DNA of 63,777 nucleotides, filler included, from Dimorphilus gyrociliatus (GCA_904063045.1; 4 parts of 4 records of this genome joined end to end with filler, not necessarily neighbours in it), one strand, 5' to 3'. Shown: positions 37,311 to 49,021, counted from the first letter of the whole stretch. Notes: generated from the letters alone by a model not told the origin. Program-made: numbers and translations.

Positions 37311-38225
37311 ATACGCAATAGTGATGCAAACAACAGCAACTTTGTGTAGGTAAACCCTTATGGGTCAATTGTTACATCATATTTATGTAAATAAACACTT
37401 GGTGTTGTTGTCAACATGTTTGGTTATGTAATATCTTATCTTTTGCCTATAAAAGTGCTTGATTCTGGTAGCATGGTACCATCTACCCTAGAGGCAACAT
37501 CTACTCTAATACTTCTAGGATCATGTGTTAACTACCATTAACATCATATCTACTATCTGTAGTTCATAAGTGTACAATTACCATGAACAATCCTTTCATT
37601 AATGATTACCTTCTCACCCTTCTCTAAGACAGTAAATCATTTACTACTTTAGTTTTTATGAACATTTTTTTAGGAATAAAGAAAATATAAAGAGCAAATA
37701 ATTTCAAAATAAAGTATTTCTTTATTTATACCAAATTATTTTCAAATTTTGATTTTCTGCAAAAGAAATTAATTCAAAATCCTTGTTATTGGTTTTGTAT
37801 TAATTTATCAACAAGAAAGCCAAATGCTTCAATATCACAAGCCATATTATATATATTTCCAATGACCAACTTATCCAGAGATAAAACATACTTTTTCCTA
37901 TTTTTAACAGACTTTTTAAAAACAAAGAAAAAAGTTAAAAAATGGCAATTAATTTCTCTTATTTTTAATTTGTTTTAAAATATATTGACTCACAAAAATA
38001 TAGATTGTTTCATAATTTATAAAACCATTATATGACATTTCACATTTGTGAGTGATTTTCAACATATTCAAAACATCTTCAACAATTACAAGTGAGTTGC
38101 TAATTTGAGACAGTTCAGATAGATTTGTCAATTCATTTAAATATAAATCATATTGAGCCATTCTCAAAAAATTCTCATTATCCTTTAGATACTCAAAAAC
38201 TATAAAAAAAATTTATATAAATCAG

Positions 38226-38860
38226 TGTACTGCTCTTGCTGGCAAAATCTATGCGTTTGCAAGTTATAACAATACTGGTTCTACTCGAACCTTTAAACAA
38301 ATGTTTAAATTAAAATGGTTTATTCGCAATAATAATACTTAAGCAAGTAACAATATGAGAGTTCAATAGCAGAGTAGATAGTTTGTAATAGCAGGTTGCC
38401 AAATTACCAAACTGTCTTCCAATGTTGAGGAGTAGATGGATGGTTCCAGTGGAGGTTGTTTCCAGATGATTTTCCCAGGTCCTTGGGTCCAGATGGAAGC
38501 TGCATGCCAAATGAGAATAATGAGGATTTATATACTTTGAGGTTTGTCTCTGACATCCAATCATCACTTTACAGTTGCCAAAATGTGTAGTTCATATTTA
38601 TCTTTAGTAACAGGATGTTACAAGGTTCAACATTTAGGAAGGTTAATTGAATTATAACTTGGCCACACCCTAGGCAAGTTAATTAAATTATAACTTGGCC
38701 AAACCTTTATTGGTAATTAAAGATGAACCTTCAAGCTGACTAATCAGACTTATGTTTGGCCAATGTTTTAGCATTTTCTTGCGTAGGTTTTAAGATGTAC
38801 ATGTATATGTTGCATAAAATAATAGAGTTCAAGCATGTAAAATATAACCAAAGTTGTACA
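38226..38860 (-). repeat. 3' LTR (635 bp) with TATA-like and polyadenylation signals
   Basis: TGTACA...AGTACA termini; GTATATAAA at 38535-38527; AATAAA at 38324-38319. Confidence 0.9.
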
Positions 38861-38861
38861 A

Positions 38862-38875
38862 CTTCCCCCTTCTTT
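38862..38875 (-). promoter_or_regulatory. Polypurine tract
   Basis: AAAGAAGGGGGAAG one base before the LTR TG; same motif at the 34188-36064 copy. Confidence 0.9.
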
Positions 38876-38891
38876 GTGAAGATGAGTCCCT

Positions 38892-41310
38892 TCATCTTGA
38901 TTTAATGAGAATTACAGGTGGTTGTTCTTCTTCATTAGTTTGATGTTGACTAAAGCTACAACTTTGTTTCATTAGTTTTGGGTTTTCAGGAGAGTTATCT
39001 GTGCTCTCACTTGGGGTAGCAATTTCTTCTCTTTGTTTTCTTCTTCCAATAATATAGTTGAAAATGATGATACATACCATTGACACTACAATACTCAAAC
39101 AAATATTTCGTATGATAACATAAAGTGTTTTCCCAGGTTTATAGTACCAACTATGGAAAAACTGTTTAATTCCAGATAAATTGGGTACAATGCCATTTTT
39201 CTCTGCAACAGTGACCATGTTATCATACCTTGCCTGCTTCTGTTCCAGTGAACTGATAACTTGCTTAATTTTTGAGTGCTGGTATGCAATATCCTTCTTT
39301 ACCCCATGGTGGAGTAGATCAGCTAATCTGGCAATTTCAATTTTTGGTTCAGAAAGGTGATTGTGGATATGTAACTGCATGGATTTTGCAGACACAGTGT
39401 GAAATCTGCATCCTCTTTCTGAATAATACACATACGTTTTGTCTTTCATTGGTTGGTTTCTTATAGGATTTAATGGGTTGTGAGTTGTTTTGTAGAATAA
39501 CTTGTTAGACTTACACTCATTATAGGTAATCTCTTCAGGATTGACTTGCTGTAAAACATGAGTAACTGGTTCTACTTGGAAAAGCAGGTTGTTCATGGTG
39601 ACAAGTAAAAATTGAGAACATTTGTTATTCTTTTTTATCATGCTTAAGTCACAAACTACTTCTGTTGAGGCTATTGGTGAACATTGTTTAATTATAGCTA
39701 ATTCTCCCATCTGACTACTGTGCATTCCCAACTCATTTGTTAACACTGTGGTCAATTGAGGATCCAAATTTGCTAGTAATGCCATCATTCTGCTTCTTTG
39801 AACAAATTGATTGCAGAGAAGACTTGACAGCTGTTGGGTAAACTTTTTTAAATTCTTAAAATTTGAATCAATACCATGTAGTAAGGTAGATGTTTGGGCA
39901 GCTTCTCTCATTTCCAATGGGAATTTGTGGTATGGGTTTTTACTTATCTTATGTTTCAGTTTTGCTTCCTTCTTCATCTGCTTTTAGCCATTCTCATGTG
40001 TAGAGTAAAATAAATTCCTTCATAGGTAATCTTAAATTCTCTGGCTGGTGGTCCTTTATACCATATGCCCAATGTTGGTAATACCTTCTTTTTGATTCTT
40101 TTCTCACTGTATACATATTTTGAAATCGTCACAGATTGTCTTGTTGCCCTTGTCCAATTGACTGCTTGCAGCATTTCTTGGATATAATAGTTATCCAGCT
40201 CCCAGTAAGATGGACTAATGGGTTGTTGTAGATGATATATCACAACTTCCTTGAGTGTGCCTTTATTTCTCATTAGTTTATACTTTGTGTTTGTTTCTCT
40301 GTACCATTGGTTAAGACTTGGTAAGGGGTTGTTTCGCTTGTATAGTATAATTTGTTCTTTAACTTTATTGGGATAGTTTAATAGTCGTTTTTCTTCATTT
40401 TTGCCAATCTTCTGATATTGTAGCAAATTGTATAGGTGTTCCTTGCTTGTTTCCTGTATTAAACTCTGTTCCTCCAGTGGTACTAGTACTTTTGTTCCAG
40501 GACCACCAATTCCATCAATAAACTTATCTTGATAAGGGATGTCCAGAATAGAATACCCTGGACAAGAATAGTGACCAGCAAATTTGATACAACTAATTCT
40601 GTTGCTAATTTTTATCCATGGTGATTGTTGCCCAAGTGTGTAATTATTCTTGAGGTTCCTCAAGACAATAATTGCCTCTTCTGTTTCACAATAGGACTGC
40701 CCTGGTAAACAATCTTCCAGGTAGTCCAGATTAGTTGTAATTTTCATATTAGGAGGTTGCCAATATGCTTTGCCAAACTGGATAATTGTGGTGTATTCCA
40801 GCACCTTGGTAGTTGTTGGCCATGTGTAGGCAGCAGGAAACTGATCTTGGTGGATCCAAGTGTTTCTTTTCACCATTAAAGGTTTTCCTTGAAAAGATCG
40901 TTTGTCTTTTACCATCTGTCTGCATTGATCATGAGTTACTTTGATAACTGAGTTAACAATTCTCCTCTTCTTTGCTCCAAAGAAATAGTAAGTGTAAAAA
41001 TTAGTTCTTAGATACACTTGACATTTTACTGCTCTTGTTTCAATTTCTTCCAAGTTCAATTCATAGATATCAGCTGTAATTGTCTTGGTTTCTTGTGATT
41101 CTATATTACAAGTTGGCTCATCTGCTAGATCAAATGCCTGGCTTGGTAGTTGGTTAGAACAAAAGTATAACGGTGGTTTAAATGTTAAGGTAATGTTTGC
41201 ACTTGTAACATGGCACCTTGGTAGGATGGTTTTGGGACTGTTATTGAGTGGATGCAGCCACAGATCACCATTACAGTCATCACTAGTGGAAGCCACAACA
41301 TCTGTTTCAT
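38892..41310 (-). CDS. Env-like type I membrane glycoprotein (class III fusogen-like), split by two single-base shifts
   Basis: Signal MKQMLWLPLVMTVMVICGCIHS; Cys-rich ectodomain (LYFCS..., AVKCQV...YYFFGAK, DQCRQMV, AYTWP, DCLPGQSYC, LLANLDP...GELAIIKQC); sequons NIT, NYT, NWT, NLS; TM TLYVIIRNICLSIVVSMVCIIIFNYII. Confidence 0.8.
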
Positions 41311-41849
41311 GTTAGCTCTTCCTGTGTTGGCTATAGTTGAATGGTTGAAAATTTTGTGTTGTTGTTCCACTCTGATAGTTATTCCATCTTCTAACTCTAT
41401 ATATTGTGGTTCCACTTCTTGTTGGGAATCTAATTGTTCAGAGATGATTTTAGTCTCATCTAAAAATAATGACTATGCTGGTCATTGTTTTTTTCTATCT
41501 GGATGATCTACATATGATATTATGAATGTTATTCATATTTCCTTTCATAATATTGCTCATTTCTAACTATTTCATCTTTCTATCAGAATAAGTTGCTCTG
41601 AATGTATTTATAGTCATTATTTTTTTGTTCACTTCAGATGACTTGAATATTGACTGAATTACTGTCTGTTTTGAAAGTATTGCTTGTGTCATAACCAGTA
41701 TCAGAATTAGTAACTTCCATCTCTGAGTCATCACTATCTGACTTTCTGATGAAGAGTCATGCTGTCCCATCATGGCTATAGTGACTTTGTTTAGTTGAGG
41801 TTGCCTTATTCTTTCAGCCAGGTTCCCTTTCCTTCTATCAAATTTGAGA

Positions 41850-42160
41850 GAACACTGTTTAGCTTCAAAATTGAGGTTTGCTCCCACAGTTTGTAGGAAA
41901 TCACAACCAAGTATTATTGCTATGTCTAGATTTTCCATAACTATAAATTCTTGTTCCATACTTTCTCCAGCAAATTGGATATTCAGCTTTACGCTTCCTT
42001 TTTGCTTTAAAGCTTTCCCATCAGCTGAAGTTATAATTGGTAAGCCAATTGTTTCTTTATCCATAATTGTAACATCCATTAACTTGATTTCTTTTCAGTA
42101 ATAAAGGATCTCAATGCTCCTGTGTCACACAGGCAATGACTTCTTGGCCTTTTTGATTCT
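41850..42160 (-). CDS. Retropepsin-like aspartic protease located 3' of integrase (frameshifted)
   Basis: Adding one G at about 42127 gives IACVDTGALRSFITE; adding one A at about 42093 joins it to ...ITSADGKAL...F.V......ILGCDFL...NLNF. Confidence 0.8.
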
Positions 42161-42299
42161 TCAAACGGAATTGGAAGTCATTTCTTCCTTCTACCTGAGA
42201 AAGATATTGGAGGTGTGTTATTTCCTTCTCCACAAGGTGAAAGATTGTTGTTGCTTCTTTCCCTGTTTCCAACTTATTAGATTCATTGGCTAGTCTTAA

Positions 42300-43212
42300 T
42301 CTGCTACCATGTACCAACTTGCATGTATTATCATCCATTTGTATTTCATATATCCACTTTTGATGATTGACTTTTGTTATTCGGTATGGGCCTAACCATT
42401 TTAAAGAAGGGATTTTTGTTATTGCAATTCTTGCAGCATCATTCTTAAGAATACTTCATCATCAACCTCAAAATATTTTGGAAGATTGAGATTTCTATTC
42501 TTCTTTCCCTATATTGTTCTTTGCCATGATGGATTTACAGAAGGCTGTAGCTCTTAACTGTACTAATTGCTGCTGGTGATTGAATACAAATAGTACATTT
42601 GTTCAGGAGAGGTAGTATGCATTGTTACATCAATCAGTGTTCTTGTGCTGGTGCCAAAAAGAAGTTCCTGGGTGGTAGTCTTGTACTTCCTACAGGTGAT
42701 TGATTCAAAAATGCTTGAATCAAGGGTAGGTTTGCAACCCAGTTATGCTGATTTTCTTCCACCACTAATTTATTGATTTCCTTCCTCACTTCTCTATTTC
42801 TTCGTTCAACTAGTCCATTGCTCTGGCTTCTATAAGCTGTTGTTTGGATTTTCTCAATACCTAATACCTTCATAAACTCTTTAAAAGCTTTACCAACAAA
42901 GTTTCTTCCTTGATCTGTCAACATTTGTTTTGGAATTCCAAAAATGGGAAAAATCTGTTGAAAAGAAGTTTGCAATTTCTTTACTGGTTTGCTGTTTGAG
43001 TGCATATAAAACTGTGTATCTACTGAAATGATCCACTATCACAAGTATGAATCTGTATGACTTAACCATGGTAAGGGTCCCATTATATCCATGGCTACCA
43101 ACTCCATTGGTGATGCAGCGGTGAAAGGCTTTCTACCAAAGGGTATACTCTACTCCTTACCATTCATTTGTCACACAAAGTGCAATCCTTTATTGAATTC
43201 TCAATCATAATC
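42300..43212 (-). CDS. Integrase (zinc-finger end, rve core, GPY motif), frameshifted
   Basis: IKDCTLC; MELVAMDIMGPLP; YRFILVIVDHFSRY; FGIPKQMLTDQGRNF; TTAYRSQSNGLVERRNR; KWLGPYRI. Confidence 0.9.
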
Positions 43213-43312
43213 NNNNNNNNNNNNNNNNNNNNNNNNNNNNNNNNNNNNNNNNNNNNTTAATTAATTAANNNNNNNNNNNNNNNNNNNNNNNNNNNNNNNN
43301 NNNNNNNNNNNN
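43213..43312. other. Synthetic contig spacer
   Basis: 44 N + TTAATTAATTAA + 44 N. Confidence 0.97.
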
Positions 43313-43897
43313 GAAAAGTGGAAGAAGAGATCTATTACTGTATATACCGTTCTTGTTCGTAAACAATGAGCTATTTTTTGTCCTCTTTCCAAGCCCTTAA
43401 ACTAATCAATGCTATCGTAAATATCAACTTCAATACGTCATTATCTAGATCGGTTGTTAACTATTAACTTCCTTCGTATAGGTTCGTATAGAAAATCTGT
43501 AGGCAACTTATACTTTTATTAAGGGAACAATGACGAGTAAACTGGATACTTGAAGGAAAAGTTCTAATTATACAAAATAAGACATCTCGAATTCTTTACC
43601 GAATACTTTCATTTAGTGTACCATAAACCTTTTGGCTTTTTCTTCCCAATTTTTTGGCTCTAAATTCAAAAAGTAAGGAATGAAAGTGAAACGGAGAAAA
43701 GTTCTCTCTTTCTCTCTCTCTCTCCCTCTCTCTTTCGTTCTTAAACTTATTTAGCAAACAAAATGGAACCAATTTATCTTTTAGGAAAGGTCGACAAACT
43801 AGCTAATTTCTTTTTATTTGATTTTTTAAAAGACAAACATAGCAAGAAACTAAAAATATAAATAAGTAGAGGTGTTTGGGAAGTGATTCGGCAGCAT

Positions 43898-45015
43898 TCA
43901 TTCGCCGGTAACCAGATAAGCCTCAGGACCAGTAATTGTCTGGAAAGTTCTTCGGCCAAACAACACAGGACGGTAGAAAGTCCTCTTAAAAGCCTTCTGG
44001 AACTCTTTCCAACGGCCAGCGTATATTATAACGTTAGCGAAAGAATTTGTATGCAGAATTAGCCTGAAGATGACGTTTCAGTAGGGAGAACTATTTGAGC
44101 GGAGAGAGTAAGCAATCAACTTACCTTGCGTATCTTTCGGTGGCAAATTCGGTTTTATAAATGGAGGATAAAGTCTGAAAGGAGGCGGCCGGCGTCCACG
44201 ACAATACAAAGTAAATAAGTAATATTGACGACATCTTTAACAGTCTTATCTCCTTTTTCACCGAAGAACCTTCCGCTTTTCCCAATTCTTTACAAATCCT
44301 TCTCATCTATAATAATAATAATAATAACAATAATAATAATTGTTTGTTTAGTTTGTTTTGCAAACAAATAAAGAAAAGAAAAGAAAATGTAATAATTACT
44401 TGAATTCTGGCAACGATGCTCATTATTATGTGCAAAATGAGTATGATGATCAGTGGTAAGAGAAATTGTGTTAATACTAGACAAACAATTATCCCTAGAG
44501 GAAAGATTTCTTCCTTTCTGCATTTGTCAATCAGTAGATCGCCTCCTCTTTTCTCCGGCTTTGTTTCTTTTGGGAGAAGGAATGAAGGGAAGGAAGAAAG
44601 GAGGGAGAAAGAAAAAGGAACAAGCAGACAGATAGACAGACGGAGAGATAGACAGAGAGAGAGAGAGAGAATATTTGAATAAAGTAAATATTAAAAATTT
44701 TAAAATATATTAAAAGTGTACTTATTGAGGAAATCGACGAATGGATCGTCAGATTGAAAACGAGGGAAAACGACCAGATTATCATGAGAAGAAGGCTTAT
44801 TCTCTTTTTCGTAACGATTTGATTAAATTGTAAAGCTCTTTGGATCGATAGAAATCGAATTACGCTCAAAAGAACCAAATTCCAACTAGAAATCATCAAA
44901 GTAGAATCGAAAATAATAACTACCGTTTGGCAAACTAGTTGATTCCCTGGGAGAAAAATTAAGATAAACACCAATAAAACAGAGGGAGAAAGGAATAGGG
45001 AATAGAAAGAGGGAA

Positions 45016-45048
<33 letters not shown>

Positions 45049-45315
45049 CAGAGATAATCCGGAAAACCGTTTACCTAAAGTTGGTGAAACAACTCCAAAT
45101 GAAAAGCTAGTAGTGTTGTAGATAGCGTAAAAGATTGAAAATATGGAATTCGAAGAAGATAAACTCGCAAAAATATAATAGTTGATATAGTTTAGAAGTT
45201 TTGTCTTTGACAACGTGACAATGATAAGAAAGTTGCAAAGTAAACTACCAGCTGATATCATGTAAAATATTCCATCAAAGAATGAAAACTTTTCCCTCTC
45301 CGTAATATTCTTCAT
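43898..45315 (-). CDS. Rhodopsin-like 7TM receptor, 5 exons, 326 aa
   Basis: Exons 45315-45075, 44946-44722, 44566-44400, 44306-44125, 44063-43898; all introns GT-AG and phase-consistent (981 nt). TM1 CNFLII, TM3 SWNLVLLSVIRFLSI, TM4 IIW, TM5 FLLPLII, TM6 FVLSWTP, TM7 NSFANVIIYA. Confidence 0.8.
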
Positions 45316-45912
45316 CTTTTCTCCAAATAGATAAATTTCTGATGGATGGATTGAAACGACAAGGGATTACTTGTAATTTTTATATAATTATTAAAGCACC
45401 AGGAGGCGCTAATAAAAAATGTCAAGTGTGAACATGACCGCTTATCATATCGGCGTCAGAGGAAAGATGATATGAGAAACGTCTACACCAGTGGTATTTT
45501 TCTCACACAAACAAAAACACACACACACACACGCACACATACACATTCACAGAATATTTTATAATGGCCCTTCCGGTTCCATTCAGTAGTAGCAAAGAAA
45601 CAAACACATTTGTCAACGACCGCAAAACGTAATACAGTTTGAAAATAACTACTCTCCATTCATTATAGGCTGTAATTTTTCTCTTTTTTTAATGATAAAA
45701 ACAACTGGGTTTGTTGGTGTTGTCCTCTTCGAGTGATCAAGTGTTAAATTCTACTTAAAAAAGAGTTGTTTGTCAAAAGCTTATAGAATTAACAAAGAGA
45801 ATTTTACTGTATGAATGAATAATTTAGATGTTTGTATTTTAGGTTTAAAATTGCACATAGACGACGTTTAGATTTGTGTTGACTTTTGAAGAAACGTTGA
45901 ATATCTTGTCCT

Positions 45913-47215
45913 CTAGACTATAGCTCTGTAAACACGTCTCTCTACGAATTGACATAAACATGGTGCATTCTTTACGTGTCTTGGTCTCTGAGGAAGTTCC
46001 AACTTTTTCGTTATCAATAAATTCAAATATTCTCCACTGAGATTCAGCATCGACTCTTCAGCCTGCGTCTAAATAGTAAAAATGTATGTGAAAAACTTAT
46101 CAAATCATTCATTCATTCATTCCTTCTTTCTTTCTTCCTTTCTTTTGGTCGGTCATTCACTTACTTGCAATGTCAAGTTTGTAGACAAATTTTCACCCAA
46201 AACTCTCGCAGTATCGTTTAAAGGCTCCGTTTCGAAGCTTCTACCCGAATTGCTCCTTTCTCCCATACCAATACAGTAGCCATTCCTGCCGTAGCTGTTG
46301 CTCTCTTCTCCTCCCATACCAAGTTCTTGCAGATAGGCCTAGAGACATTATTAAATATAACATATACATTCAATTAGTGGCGAAAAGAAGAAGTGGAAGA
46401 GGAAGAAGAAGAAGAGTCAGAAGAAGAAAAGAGGAAGAGGAAGAGGAAGAAGAAGATGTAATAAAAATCTTACAAGGCACGGTCCGAATTCAAAGTAGAA
46501 TATATGCAGCTGAAAGAATAGAAAATTGAAAAACTACTGTATATAGATGGAAAACCGTAAATTACGTAATATTTATTGCAGTCGGCGATTCCCAAGTTTT
46601 CAATTCCGATTAGTAAGTTATACTTTTGAAGATGGGAGTTAATTTGGGCCAAATGTTGATAGGTTCTCTTCTTCATCTGTAAATGTATAAACGCTTGTTT
46701 ACATATTTGTTCTTTTTACAGAAGACCATTAATCAAGTTTTAGACGAGAGATGGCGTTTTACCTTCTTCCTCGCCAAATGTGTAATAAGCATGTAAATGG
46801 TAAGAAAGCAAAGCCAAACAATTAGAGCGTGGACAACTTCGATACCGGCGAAAGGAAGTTTCGATTTGTCCTTGTAGATTTCCATAAGAATTCTTCTTTC
46901 AATAGGCGGAATGATAGTTATAAATATGACTAGAAGGGTGCAAAAAGTGGCGATCGCTATGGGCATATTATAACACCAGACGTGGCAACAGAATTTTGCG
47001 TCCGACATGAGATCTTTAACTATACTTTGCCACTCTTCCAGCGGAATCTGTTTTGTTGTTGTTGTCGTTGTTTTAACTATACATAAACAATACATTTATT
47101 GAACATTCTCTCTTTCCCTCTATCATCATTTTTTCCCAAACGAAATGAGGCAGAATCTCAGAATACGATATATTATCAACTACTCTATTCTATAGTATAT
47201 TTATTTCTGATACAG

Positions 47216-47248
<33 letters not shown>

Positions 47249-48095
47249 ATCTACTCACTTGTATACCATTAATAGTTAGTTCCTCGGGTAGTTTGTCAGC
47301 CTCTATCAGTTCCTTTCCGCATATCCTACACTTCGATTTAATACTCGCCAAAAGGTGGCCCGTCTGCAATTCTGGAAAAAAAAACGAAGGGAATGAAAAA
47401 AAGATATTCAAATCAACTTTCATTCATCGACTAGAAAATTTAATATTTCAACAACACAATTTACCAACCATTGTTTATGCAGAGAGTTGACATGGAACCG
47501 GAGACTCCCGTTTGCACGGTAGAGGGCGTGTCTGCTAAATATTCGAAGAATAGAAAGAGGAGACGAAGAAACAAAAGTAAGAAGAAAGGAAAGAAAAATT
47601 AATTCAAGATAAAAATTAAAGGATAAAAAGAAGATAAATATTTGATAGGTTACAAGTAAAAAGAGAAAAAATTGACAAACCACTCGAGCATATGACTGTG
47701 ACTAGAAGAGCGAACCAATCTTGTTCAATAGCGGCGTCTATGCATTTGTAATCTGACAATGAATTTGGCAGATCGCATTTTTGCAGTCTGATAAGAAGAA
47801 CACTAAGGTCATTTTCGATTTCTTTCGTAATTATATTTTCGACGAGAACCCAAGTTTTATTTAAGAAATCCGGAGAGACGACTATAACCGTCCTTAGAGA
47901 GGTGCGTAGTCCGCTTAGGACAGCTCCCGCCGACATTCTCTCAACAGGATTATTGCTGCCTTCCGACGAACAGCAAGACACGTTATTCATTTCCAACTTG
48001 CTGATAAGAGCCAGAACCCAATCGCGATCATTCTCATCGTAGACAAAGAACATATGATACTTCATACTATTCACCAGTAGAGGAGCGTTAATCAT
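45913..48095 (-). CDS. TIR-domain + TMEM268-like two-TM protein, 8 exons, 451 aa (possible extra 5' exon)
   Basis: Exons 48095-47681, 47534-47469, 47371-47259, 47047-46763, 46676-46566, 46509-46474, 46338-46165, 46068-45913; all GT-AG and in phase (1356 nt). TIR: KYHMFFVYDENDRDWV...RTVIVVSPDFL...W...C.LP..L. C-terminal half: GIQIPLEEW...YN.P...LAQINSHL...LLIG...IFYFE..C...RH....PCLCQFVE. Confidence 0.78.
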
Positions 48096-48376
48096 TGCCT
48101 ATCAACAACACCCAAATAAATTCTCTTTAATCTATTTTTCTAATCTTTTCATTCTATTTAAATCTATTTAAACCCTACTTAAAGATTTCTCTCTTTTCGA
48201 CACCTTCTCTCCTCCCTCCTCCCCTTCCAACCTATACTTACATAGAGAAATTATTACCAGTTTTCCCTCTATTAAAAACAAAACACAAAATACTTTTATC
48301 CAACCGGAAATCTTTTAACACAGCTCGATCTCTTTCTCTTTCTCAGTCCTTCTTCGCCCTTTTCTGTCTGTCTCAA

Positions 48377-48415
<39 letters not shown>

Positions 48416-49021
48416 TCTTCGACTCTGTCAGAGAGTTTGCGGGTATATGCATGTCAAACTGTCTTGCTTGACTTTTTATATCGAATGAAAGAAAGAAGAC
48501 GTTTTTAGTGGGCTTTTTCTCGTAGTTTTTGTAAACTTTTATTATATTCCAAAGGTTGGATTTTATTAAAATAACCCTAACACAAAAAAAAGAATGAATA
48601 ATACCATCGCTTTTAATCAGAGATAAAAAAAAAGAGCAGAGAGAGAGAGAGAGAGCGAGTGAGAAAGAAATGGAAAAACGAAATTTTGAAATAGGAAACA
48701 TCCTTGCTTTTTTCCCAAGTTTCAAGATCGCCTTCTAACCCTGTTCTAGTAACACATTGGTTCTTGTTTTTTTTTGTTATTACTTTTCATACTTTTCATA
48801 CTTTTCTACTTGTGAAAAAGGAGAAATTATTGAGCTAAAAATTGGAATTCTTTGTTAGAGAGAAGAATGCTAATTGAAAAGATATAATGGTTTGATCACC
48901 AAGGAAACAGTAGTTGCAAGGAAAATAGTTAATATTTTCTCCTGGTAAGCGTTAATTAGAGTGATGAGAAATTGTTTGTTTGGTGGTTATCTATTTGGAA
49001 ATGAAATATGTAAAACATTAC

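Larger units (their letters stand above)
38226..43212 (-). mobile_element. Ty3/Gypsy-type LTR retrotransposon, 3' portion (integrase - protease - env - LTR); 5' part lost in the gap
   Basis: Integrase CxxC, AMDIMGPLP, LTDQGRNF, SNGLVER, KWLGPYRI; retropepsin; glycoprotein with TM; PPT; TG...CA LTR. Confidence 0.92.

Noticed and set aside
29635-38567. Three near-identical 85-aa ORFs (29635, 34255, 38310) as a gene family
   Set aside because: They lie inside LTR copies, and the equivalent frame is stopped (GTG ATT GGA TGC TAG) in the diverged solo LTR at 36705-37310.
43774-43959. ORF 43774-43959 as the receptor C-terminus
   Set aside because: It is in a different frame; the spliced receptor stops at 43898.
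44060-44095. In-frame TGA in the last GPCR exon
   Set aside because: It disappears when the downstream TTCAG acceptor at 44064 is used, which gives a phase-consistent YARLILHTNSFAN.
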